A stretch of 34,019 bases of DNA from a virus (lineage: Duplodnaviria; Caudoviricetes). The notes beneath the pieces are model-generated. The model did not search any database. It was given only the letters and a program-made list of their open reading frames with translations, and was not told where the DNA came from. Where the stretch lies: positions 1 through 34,019 of the IMG/VR virus record IMGVR_UViG_3300032242_004047; one strand, 5' to 3'. Shown here in pieces: positions 1 through 8,090 of the stretch; position 1 is the first letter of the stretch; every line of letters starts with the position of its first letter. A program made the translations under genes and the position numbers.

Positions 1-5
1 AGAAT

Positions 6-32
6 AAAAAGGGCCCTGTTCTCCGTCAGGGC
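6..32 (-). terminator. Putative rho-independent terminator after the last tail-module gene
   Basis: Minus strand reads GCCCTG-ACGGAGAA-CAGGGC-CC-TTTTT, about 20 nt downstream of the stop of ORF 51..269. Confidence 0.55.
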
Positions 33-50
33 GCACGGGTGACAGATTGA

Positions 51-269
51 TTAGCCGAGGGCAGCAAGGGCGGTCTGGATTTTCGTCAGGTTTACCGGTC
101 CAAGAGCAGCCACGATCTGCTCGGCGGTTACTGCAGGCGCACCACTCTGTGGATTAGCGGCAGCGCCATTCGTAGTCAAAGAATGCACGCGTTGTTCGAA
201 CTGGTTGACCATGTTGAGTAGACCGTTGGCGTATTCAGCAGCCTGAGCTTCAGGAGTTTTGCTAAGCAT
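51..269 (-). CDS. Small helical hypothetical protein, possible tail-fibre chaperone
   Basis: 72-aa ORF directly downstream of the fibre gene, followed by a terminator, with TTGACAC at 331-337 upstream; weak similarity to ORF 3964..4233. Confidence 0.6.
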   Translation of the reverse strand: MLSKTPEAQAAEYANGLLNMVNQFEQRVHSLTTNGAAANPQSGAPAVTAEQIVAALGPVNLTKIQTALAALG

Positions 270-374
270 AGAAGTGTTGGTGTGGATTTTGAGTGCTGTC
301 CGAGCGAAGAACCCGAACGCCTACAATCCCGTGTCAACACGCCCGGATAGTCAGCGGGGTCATTCTGCGGCGTG

Positions 375-3300
375 CTACGCAGGAAAGGAAACAAGCGGGA
401 TAGTGGCGCTATCGCTTCCAGTCCCGGCGGCATTGGTAGCGGTCACCACGCATTGCAGACTGCCTCCATTGTCCTCGGGCATAACCGTGTATGCCGGTGA
501 GGTAGCACCACCGAGACTTTCGCCATTCCGGTACCATTGGTAAGCGTATGCCGTTGGATTGTCGCTCCAGCTACCAGCCGAGCAGGTGATGGTCTCTCCC
601 AATGACGGCGACATGTTGTCGATCGTCAGAGGTTCGCTGTTTGCGGGGATCAAAATAAACGGCCCAATCGGCACCCAGCCCAGCTCGCTCCCACAGTCCT
701 TTGGATCCAGGACGAGATACACAGTTCGGTTATCGAGCTGTTTGACTATCCACCCGGTCTTGAGCGGCGTCACACCTAAGCGCTCCACGGCAGATGCTAC
801 CTTGAGCGGGACAGGTGTGGCGGGTGCTGGTCGCCAGCTTGCTCCATCAAACATGGCTACATCTCCTCTACTAGGACTGCCTCCGAAGAAGTCCCACTTG
901 ATGTTTCCTGCGCCGTAGAGCTGGTTTCCCCAATCATCAGCACTCGCACGACTGGCGTGCTCAGCCTCGTATGCCAGATCCGCTGTACCCGCACCGAGCC
1001 AGCTGTAATAGCCTGTTTGCTGCGCGTAGCTGCCAAAGATACAATTTCCGTACTCGTCGCAGTAAGCGTTCTGCGCAGAAACGTTTTGCAGGAAGGTCCC
1101 GTCTCCACTGAATGAGCCGTAGATCGAGTCGGAACTGAGGCTTCCTAGCACCTGCCAGTTTCCGCCGCCCATATCGGAGATCGAGTAGCCATAGGGGCTC
1201 GTGAGCTGGCTGGGCGTAGCGTACACGTTGTACAGACCCGAGCCATCACCACTGAAGGCTCCGTAAAACGTGCTGGCACTCATGTTCCCACTCACTTGCC
1301 AGTTTCCCCAGCCGGTGTCGTAAATCGAATACCCGTAGGGACTCGTGATTTGGCTCGGGGTCGCATACACATTGGAAAGACCAGAGCCATCTCCGCTAAA
1401 ATGGCTCGCGGTGATGCTTCCATTCACCTGCCAATTCCCCCACCCCGCGTCGTAGATAGAGTAACCGTAAGGGCTGTTGAGCTGGCTCGGCGTGGCGTAC
1501 ACATTCGACAGGCCGGAGCCGTCACCGGTAAATGCGCCGTAAAAACGGTTGGCACTGATTGTCCCGTTCACCGACCAGTTTCCCCAACCTGTGTCGTAGA
1601 TTGTGTAGCCATAGGGACTCGTGACCTGACTCGGCGTTGCATACACGTTGTAGAGGCCCGATCCGTCTCCACTGAAATGGCTCGCTGTGACGCTCCCATT
1701 CACCTGCCAATTTCCCCAGCCTGCGTCATAGATTGATGAGCCATAGGGACTCGTGAGCTGGCTGGGTGTGGCATAGACGTTGGAAAGGCCGGAGCCGTCA
1801 CCCGTAAAGGCTCCGTAAAACCGGTTGGCGCTCATGCTCCCATTCACCGACCAATTGCCCCAACCCGTGTCGTAGATAGAGTAACCGTAAGGACTCGTGA
1901 GCTGGCTCGGCGTCGCATACACGTTGTAGAGTCCCGAACCGTCTCCGCTGAAATGGCTTGCTGTGACACTCCCATTCACCTGCCAATTTCCCCATCCTGC
2001 ATCGTAGATAGAGTAGCCATAGGGGCTCGTGAGCTGGCTTGTCGTGGCATAGATATTGGACAGGCCGGAGCCATCGCCGGTGAAAGCTCCGTAAAACCGG
2101 CCGGCGCTTACGGTCCCCTCAACCTGCCAGTTGCCGCTTCCAGAATCGTAGATTCTCGATCCATAAGAACTCGTGAGCTCGCCCGGCGAGGCAGACACAT
2201 TGTACAGCCCCGAGCCGTCTCCTATAAAAGCTCCGCTGAACCTGTTAGCCTTCATCTCTCCGTCCACATGCCAATTCCCCGAGCCTGTGTCGTAGATCGA
2301 GTAGCCGTAGGGGCTGTTCAGTTGGCTGGGCGTTGCATACACGTTTGAGAGCCCGGAACCATCGCCGCTAAAGGAGCCGAAAAACGTGCCGGCACTCATG
2401 TCTCCCGTCACGTACCAGCTTCCCCAGCCTTCATCGTAAATCGCCGACCCATAGGGACTGTTCAGCGCAGGAATGACAATGTTGCTCAACTGCGAGCCAT
2501 CCCCAAAGAAGCTCGACGCCGTCACACTGCCCGATACCTGCATATTGCCAAGGCCATCGGAGGAGATCTTGGTGGCATCGCAGTTAAAGGCACCTCCAAT
2601 TGTAAGGACTGAGTCTCCGGCCAGACTCAAAAGCCACTCATTAAACTGTGGTTCAGTTTCTTCGCTCAGGTACCCGGTATCATTCGTGAACCCTGAAATG
2701 TTCGGCATCGTTTCGAGCCATGCACCAAACACAGGGTCTAATTCGTTCAGACCGGTCAAAAGCGACCCGTCACCTGTGAAACTTCCCGCAAACAACGGAG
2801 CCGTCACACTCGCATTCGAAAGCCACGAGCCATCGCCAATATCGTAAAGCGATGCGCCGTAGGGGCTGCTCAACTGGATCGAGCTCACCCCAGAAAGAGC
2901 CGTTCCATCCCCGGAGAACCACGGCGCTTCAATTCCGGAGGAGGACCGCCACACGCCTAAGTCGTCGGTTAAGCTAGCCCCATCGGTTCCCATCAGGCTG
3001 GGAACTTGAATCAGGCCACCCGAAATCCACTGCCCGCTGCCGTCATCATAAAACTGGAGCCCAAACTGGCTCGTAAGCCCAATGCCAGTCACGCCAGTCA
3101 CGTTACTACCGTCTCCCGCCAATGCTCCAGTGTAGGCGGACAGATCCGGCAATCCCCATGAATCGTTCCCCAGAAAGGCGAGCCCCGCATCTCCAGGAAG
3201 CCTCGCTTCAAACCACTTCACCACATCAAGCGGACTCATCACCACGTCCGACCGCAATCCATCCGCTGCCTCATCCTCTGTGGCAAAGACTGGAATCTCG

Positions 3301-3941
3301 GTCTTGAGCGCAAACGCTCCGGGCAACTGGGACTCCACGAGCTTCCCATCAGCGTCGAGCGTGGCCACTCCATTTGGAACTCCAGCGTCCAGTGCTGCCG
3401 ATGTGCCGGTAACAGGGATTTCGCTCTTGAGCGCGTAGGGAGCAAGATCCAGCAACTGGGGAAGCTCGCTTTTAAGCGCTATGGTTGCAGGCGGGGGGTA
3501 AACCTCCGGATCGGGTGCCGGGATGGGGTTCGCGTCCGTGAGCGGAGTTTCGATGATTAGCGGAAACGTGCTCGAGCGAAACTTCAGCCCGTTGAAAGTC
3601 CATGTGACCTCTGCGCTTGCTTCAAGCTGTGCACGATCATTTGCAGGAACCGAGTCGCTGATTCCCAAAGCACTGAGGAGCGACAGCGATGCGCAGTTGA
3701 GAATGCCCGTGTAGATGTTCCCGCTCTCTAGCTCAAAAGCGTTCAGGTACGCGAGCAGACCGCCCGTCCATTGGTTGCGCGGCTTAACCGCAAGCTCGAG
3801 CACCGCTCCTTCAGAAAGCGCAACACTCCGTGAACCGCGAGTGAATGCGACTGCTATCGAAACAAACGCCCCCGCTTTGATCCGCAAAGGCGAGGGCTGG
3901 GTAATGACGGCTTGTGTGTCGAGGCTTACGGTGATCTTCAC
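375..3941 (-). CDS. Tail fibre / receptor-binding protein with tandem F-x-GDGSGL-x-N repeats and a C-terminal Ig-like domain
   Basis: About 1190-aa ORF; contains the tail motif GVATLDADGKL; 44/48-aa repeats; C-terminal GETITCSAGSWS..YQWYRNG..GAT...YTV...D.G..L.C.VTATNAAG (Ig-like). Start placed at the in-frame GTG 3941 (12 nt after TTGACAT at 3954-3960) instead of GTG 3947. Confidence 0.8.
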   Translation of the reverse strand: MKITVSLDTQAVITQPSPLRIKAGAFVSIAVAFTRGSRSVALSEGAVLELAVKPRNQWTGGLLAYLNAFELESGNIYTGILNCASLSLLSALGISDSVPANDRAQLEASAEVTWTFNGLKFRSSTFPLIIETPLTDANPIPAPDPEVYPPPATIALKSELPQLLDLAPYALKSEIPVTGTSAALDAGVPNGVATLDADGKLVESQLPGAFALKTEIPVFATEDEAADGLRSDVVMSPLDVVKWFEARLPGDAGLAFLGNDSWGLPDLSAYTGALAGDGSNVTGVTGIGLTSQFGLQFYDDGSGQWISGGLIQVPSLMGTDGASLTDDLGVWRSSSGIEAPWFSGDGTALSGVSSIQLSSPYGASLYDIGDGSWLSNASVTAPLFAGSFTGDGSLLTGLNELDPVFGAWLETMPNISGFTNDTGYLSEETEPQFNEWLLSLAGDSVLTIGGAFNCDATKISSDGLGNMQVSGSVTASSFFGDGSQLSNIVIPALNSPYGSAIYDEGWGSWYVTGDMSAGTFFGSFSGDGSGLSNVYATPSQLNSPYGYSIYDTGSGNWHVDGEMKANRFSGAFIGDGSGLYNVSASPGELTSSYGSRIYDSGSGNWQVEGTVSAGRFYGAFTGDGSGLSNIYATTSQLTSPYGYSIYDAGWGNWQVNGSVTASHFSGDGSGLYNVYATPSQLTSPYGYSIYDTGWGNWSVNGSMSANRFYGAFTGDGSGLSNVYATPSQLTSPYGSSIYDAGWGNWQVNGSVTASHFSGDGSGLYNVYATPSQVTSPYGYTIYDTGWGNWSVNGTISANRFYGAFTGDGSGLSNVYATPSQLNSPYGYSIYDAGWGNWQVNGSITASHFSGDGSGLSNVYATPSQITSPYGYSIYDTGWGNWQVSGNMSASTFYGAFSGDGSGLYNVYATPSQLTSPYGYSISDMGGGNWQVLGSLSSDSIYGSFSGDGTFLQNVSAQNAYCDEYGNCIFGSYAQQTGYYSWLGAGTADLAYEAEHASRASADDWGNQLYGAGNIKWDFFGGSPSRGDVAMFDGASWRPAPATPVPLKVASAVERLGVTPLKTGWIVKQLDNRTVYLVLDPKDCGSELGWVPIGPFILIPANSEPLTIDNMSPSLGETITCSAGSWSDNPTAYAYQWYRNGESLGGATSPAYTVMPEDNGGSLQCVVTATNAAGTGSDSATIPLVSFPA
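1090..2520 (-). repeat. Intragenic tandem repeat array with alternating 144/132-nt units (48/44 aa)
   Basis: Equivalent positions at 1203, 1347, 1479, 1623, 1755, 1899, 2031, 2175 and 2319 give spacings 144,132,144,132,144,132,144,144; unit TPSQLTSPYGYSIYDxGWGNWxVNGSxxAxxF(YGAF)xGDGSGLxNVYA. Confidence 0.9.
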
Positions 3942-3963
3942 GAGCACCGCCCCATGTCAACGG

Positions 3964-4233
3964 CTACGCCTGAGGATAAGTGCCCGGTGCGATCTGGTTC
4001 ACCGTCGCCTTGGCGTCTGCCACCATGCTGAGCAGGTTCGAGTAGCGTGCCCCTCCGGCAGCGATGATGTCGGCCTTTGCGATCGGTCTCTTATTGGCGT
4101 CCATGCTCTTATTCAGAGTGTCCTCAATTTGAGAAATCATCAGCACCAGCATGTTCACGCCACGATTGAGAGCCGTGTCGATCTTGGCGGCTGCCTTTTG
4201 GGCATCAGAAGGAAGCATGGAGATTTCGGACAT
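3964..4233 (-). CDS. Hypothetical protein (89 aa) in the tail module
   Basis: Fills the gap between neighbouring genes with tight spacing; helical amphipathic sequence. Confidence 0.65.
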   Translation of the reverse strand: MSEISMLPSDAQKAAAKIDTALNRGVNMLVLMISQIEDTLNKSMDANKRPIAKADIIAAGGARYSNLLSMVADAKATVNQIAPGTYPQA

Positions 4234-4240
4234 AGGACGT

Positions 4241-4483
4241 TCAGGACTGGGTTAAAGAGGGTGCACGAGACTCAGGCTTCACTGGCTTAAGCCCTGTCGG
4301 TTCAGTTCGTGCAGGTCGCTTTCTGTCCACCGCAGGGATGTCAACCACCCGCCCCGAACGCAGAGCGCCTCGGACACTTTGAAAATCCGCGATCTCGTCT
4401 GTCTGGATCTTGCAACGCCGATCCAGAAACTTGAGCAAGTCGTCGTACTGCTTCTTCGTCACTTGAAGGAGGATCTGTTTCAT
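4241..4483 (-). CDS. Hypothetical protein (about 80 aa, MKQILLQVTKKQ...)
   Basis: ATG at 4483 lies just after the upstream stop at 4488, suggesting coupling. Confidence 0.55.
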   Translation of the reverse strand: MKQILLQVTKKQYDDLLKFLDRRCKIQTDEIADFQSVRGALRSGRVVDIPAVDRKRPARTEPTGLKPVKPESRAPSLTQS

Positions 4484-4487
4484 AAAA

Positions 4488-4985
4488 TCACCACTTTCCG
4501 AGCGGACAATGTTCCTGCGCCCACGAGGCCTTTTTGCGAATCCAACACCCACACTGACCGCACCGGTTCTGTTCGCTGCGCCACAATTCGCATCCTCGGC
4601 AGATAGCTAAAATGGCCTCCACTTCGTCAGGAGTGCGTCTGGGTCGGCCAGCTTTCAAATCGCGCAGAAGAGCACCAGCAAAGTTCATCGCCATCTCTCC
4701 AACTCCAGGAGGACTTGGCTCTTCGCCCTCATTCAATGCAGCGGTATGCCGTTCGTAATTTGACCAGACCTCCCGCGCGAGGTTCGCTGCACTGGGATGC
4801 GCTGCAACCATGCGCTCCCAAAACGGGAGAAGGTTAGGGTGTCCGCACGCTTCAAAGTCCTCGCGCATGGAGGAACGTTGCGGAACGCAGCCGCAAAGGG
4901 CCTGCAATTCTTCCAACACCTCCGGAACCTCTGCTGCCCGGAGCGTCAGCGCGTATTTGATCTTCTCGAGTCGCTCAGTATCCAT
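4488..4985 (-). CDS. Hypothetical protein with a C-terminal Cys cluster (DUF6171-like)
   Basis: C-terminus ICRGCELW...RCGQCGCWIRKKASWAQEHCPLGKW; ATG 4985 follows the upstream stop at 4991. Confidence 0.7.
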   Translation of the reverse strand: MDTERLEKIKYALTLRAAEVPEVLEELQALCGCVPQRSSMREDFEACGHPNLLPFWERMVAAHPSAANLAREVWSNYERHTAALNEGEEPSPPGVGEMAMNFAGALLRDLKAGRPRRTPDEVEAILAICRGCELWRSEQNRCGQCGCWIRKKASWAQEHCPLGKW

Positions 4986-4990
4986 CGGTA

Positions 4991-5212
4991 TCACCCCACG
5001 TACACGCACCCACAATGCGGTCCCGTCGGCGCTTCATTTACGGGGCAGCAGCAGCACCGGGAGCCATCGGAGTAGTTTCCGCACTTGTGGCCGTCCTCTC
5101 CAGGACAACAGCCCTTTGACTCACAACACGACGGACTGTTCCCAAACTCGCTGCCCTGACATTCGCAGCAGTTACAATCAGAGGGCAAACTCACGGTTTC
5201 AATGATCACCAT
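4991..5212 (-). CDS. Small cysteine-rich protein (15 Cys in 73 aa)
   Basis: ATG 5212 abuts the upstream stop (5214) and its stop abuts the next start; CC, CxC and CCCC clusters. Confidence 0.6.
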   Translation of the reverse strand: MVIIETVSLPSDCNCCECQGSEFGNSPSCCESKGCCPGEDGHKCGNYSDGSRCCCCPVNEAPTGPHCGCVYVG

Positions 5213-5213
5213 T

Positions 5214-7439
5214 TCAGTAACTGTGGCTAAAGGTGACGCTCATCGAGTCGCAGTCGATCGTGGCCGATAAACTCTCAAGCCCTGCTCGGATGGATTCATC
5301 GATGTTCTCCGCGATCATGTCCCGGATGTCTTCAATCGCGTCTTTGGTGTCGTCCTGATCTGTCGCCAGCACCTCGATCGTGTGCCACTGACCATCGTCA
5401 CCAAAGAATGTGAATGTCTGGGGAGAAAATGTGCTCTCCCCAATATCAATCGTGCCGTCCTCGCCCAGATCCAGATTACCAGAGCTCAGCGTAGTTTCGT
5501 TCCCATCGGCATCCGTAAGCGTCAGGCTGCTAGAGTCCAAAACGACTGTGGCACCGTCTTCATCCGTGAGCGAAACCTCAGGCCCGTCACTGATATTAAC
5601 GCTCAGTTCGGCACCAGCCTCGTCACTCAGATACAGTTCGGGACCGCTCTCAAGATTCAGTCGGATCTGATTCCCCGAATGATCCTCCGTATCGTTCAAT
5701 TCAATCAGCGGCGTTTTGATCGAGTTGATCGTTAGCTCAGCTCCCATCTCGTCCCGGAGCAGAATCTCAGGCCCCTTTTTGAGGTTCAGATTGATCTGAT
5801 TGCCGAAGTCCGGATCGTCCCACGCATCGGCCAGAAGCAGAATCGGGTTTGTATCCTCGGCACTGAGCCTCAATCCTGCGTTTCCGTCGTTGCTGAGCTC
5901 AAAGAGCGGATACTTCACCCACTGACAAAGGATCTTGTTCTGCGCATCGTCGCTTCCCGAGGTGAAACACAGCATGTCGCTCTCCTCGCCGTAATCATCC
6001 CCAACAACCAGACTCAGGCCGCTCCCCGAGTCATCCAACGGATCGCCCACCTCCAATTCAAAGGCCCGAATCGGATCGGCTTGCCCCCGGGCGAACGAAC
6101 TCCATCCGGCTCCGGCGCACACATCCCAGCCTGAATCAGGATCACCGGAGCATTCCAGCCAGTCAGGCACGGCGTCCGGTGCAGCCAACGCGGCAGGGAC
6201 CAAACACTGAAGCGTCGTTCCAGTGGCCAGATCCTCCGCAAAGGTACTCACAACCTGAAGATGAGTACGCACCCTCTGTTCCACCACTGGGTTTCCAGTG
6301 TCGCCCACTGTGATCACAGCCAAAACGATTCGCGCCTTGGTCTGGGTGGGAGGATCTTCGCCGTCAGTCTCAATCTCGCCGCTCTCCCATTCATCGCCAT
6401 TACTGAAGGATTTGATGCTGGCCGTGTAGCTGTCGGGCCAGTCATCCCATTCAAGCTCCAGCCACACGAGGTCGAAATCGCCATTCCAACTCACCCAACC
6501 CGTGTCCTCCACGAGCAAGCCATCAATGTCGACCGTATCCTCGTAATCAAACGAGTTCAGCAGGAGCGATGCGTCCCGGACTCCGAACACGTAGGCATCG
6601 GGTTCCCAAGGATCGCTTCGAACCAGAACCTGAAATGGAAACTCGCCAGCGTTCTTGCTGCCAAACTCCCATGGGGTCCTCGCATCCGGTTGGTCCACAA
6701 TGGAAGCGGCTCCACCGTCTGCTCCGGTCCACGGTGAGCTAAAGGGGATCGCCACCGAAACCTTTAACCCCGGCTGATCTGCTTCCTCTGTGGTAACAGC
6801 AGGTACCAGCAGCAGATTGCTCTTAAGAAGCTGAACGAGCTTCACCTTGGTGCCATCAGGCAAGGTGATTGCAGTTCCCTCCCGCTTATCGCTCTCCGGA
6901 TCTGTTATCTCGGCGATGATCTGCCGGTAATACTCCTGGTAAGGCGTGTCATCCGTGTTGATTTCGATCGGATCAGGGAAGTTGCTCCATTCATCTTCAC
7001 CGACGGCACCGCTCTTGACCGCAATACCAACCAGCTTGTTATCCGAGTCGAAACTGCACTCGAGCCAGATCTTCCCGCCAACCGCTGGAACTCCGAAGGC
7101 GTTTTCTGGAGCCGATTCAGACCAAAGACCCCAGATCGTGTTGTCCTCCTCAATCCCATTCCGGTTTACGGAACTCATAACGTGGCTATCTGCCACAACC
7201 CCCAAAGTCGGCTCATCTCCTCCGGGGACCAATACCACTTCAAAAGGAAGCTGGGGCAAGGTGACAGAGCTTCCACCACTTCGGACCTGATCCACGGCGA
7301 GTGTCGTGCCACTCGCAGTTCGCTTCATCCGAACACCCGCCCCGGGACTGACCTGCGAGGCCCGCACAAAATCCAGTAACGCATTCCAGTCTGAAGCGCG
7401 AATCGGGTCACCGGGTTTGACCTTGGATGGGATGGGCAT
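5214..7439 (-). CDS. Large acidic tail-tip / baseplate-region structural protein
   Basis: 741 aa, very D/E-rich; N-terminal VKPGDPIRASDWNALLDFVR...PGAGVRM..T..GT motif of the kind seen in phage tail proteins; internal repeats; second gene after the tape measure. Confidence 0.65.
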   Translation of the reverse strand: MPIPSKVKPGDPIRASDWNALLDFVRASQVSPGAGVRMKRTASGTTLAVDQVRSGGSSVTLPQLPFEVVLVPGGDEPTLGVVADSHVMSSVNRNGIEEDNTIWGLWSESAPENAFGVPAVGGKIWLECSFDSDNKLVGIAVKSGAVGEDEWSNFPDPIEINTDDTPYQEYYRQIIAEITDPESDKREGTAITLPDGTKVKLVQLLKSNLLLVPAVTTEEADQPGLKVSVAIPFSSPWTGADGGAASIVDQPDARTPWEFGSKNAGEFPFQVLVRSDPWEPDAYVFGVRDASLLLNSFDYEDTVDIDGLLVEDTGWVSWNGDFDLVWLELEWDDWPDSYTASIKSFSNGDEWESGEIETDGEDPPTQTKARIVLAVITVGDTGNPVVEQRVRTHLQVVSTFAEDLATGTTLQCLVPAALAAPDAVPDWLECSGDPDSGWDVCAGAGWSSFARGQADPIRAFELEVGDPLDDSGSGLSLVVGDDYGEESDMLCFTSGSDDAQNKILCQWVKYPLFELSNDGNAGLRLSAEDTNPILLLADAWDDPDFGNQINLNLKKGPEILLRDEMGAELTINSIKTPLIELNDTEDHSGNQIRLNLESGPELYLSDEAGAELSVNISDGPEVSLTDEDGATVVLDSSSLTLTDADGNETTLSSGNLDLGEDGTIDIGESTFSPQTFTFFGDDGQWHTIEVLATDQDDTKDAIEDIRDMIAENIDESIRAGLESLSATIDCDSMSVTFSHSY

Positions 7440-7442
7440 GGC

Positions 7443-8090
7443 TTAGGTTCGGTTGTAAATCTCTGGATCCCACCCACCGGCTCCGCTTGCACGGTACTCG
7501 CGTGTCACTTTCCACGAGGCAGATCCCACACGCTCGGCATCGACTCCCACTAAAAGCCAGTTGCGACTCTCAGGCAGCGCAGGTGCGCCAGAAGGCGATT
7601 GGATTCGTCCAAGTCCACCAAGATCCGGCCCACTTTGTCCCTCCTGACTGACCCGCATTGTGACCGTCCCAAGCAGGTAGTCATCTACACCTCGATTCCG
7701 AAGGGCGTAATACCGCTTCATCCCGCTGGACGCATCACTACCATCGGGCTTCCATCCGCCCAGTTCCGGATCTTTGGGATCACTCTCCCAAATCCTCCAC
7801 TTTTTCCATTCATCTTCCCCGATCGAATAACCTCCCTGTGAGCCAAACATCGGATGCGTTCCGATCGGCTCCTGGCTCACGCCTCCTGTGATTGTGTAGG
7901 TGGCATCGGCTCCTCCAGTCACGATCGTGTAACGCACCACATACTTCCCGTCCTCCAGAGTCTTCTGGATGTTTTTGGCCCCGCCGGGAACATCCGAATA
8001 TCCAAGGAAACTTTCCACCGTGTAGGTGGTTTCCTCTCCGGTGGTCGGAGCCCACGTGATCGCTTCTGCGGTGCGGATCAAATCACTCAT
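7443..8090 (-). CDS. Tail protein downstream of the tape measure (distal-tail-like by position)
   Basis: 215 aa, ATGA overlap with the tape measure gene; function inferred from synteny only. Confidence 0.6.
   Translation of the reverse strand: MSDLIRTAEAITWAPTTGEETTYTVESFLGYSDVPGGAKNIQKTLEDGKYVVRYTIVTGGADATYTITGGVSQEPIGTHPMFGSQGGYSIGEDEWKKWRIWESDPKDPELGGWKPDGSDASSGMKRYYALRNRGVDDYLLGTVTMRVSQEGQSGPDLGGLGRIQSPSGAPALPESRNWLLVGVDAERVGSASWKVTREYRASGAGGWDPEIYNRT

Noticed and set aside
1090-2520. Fibre repeats as a diversity-generating retroelement (TR/VR) or CRISPR array
   Set aside because: The repeats are in-frame coding units with mostly synonymous differences, with no adenine-specific pattern evident and no unique spacers; no reverse transcriptase or cas operon is in the window
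4338-4344. TTGACAT variant inside ORF 4241..4483
   Set aside because: No correctly spaced start; it shows that one-mismatch variants arise by chance, so the copy at 3954 is less certain than the exact ones
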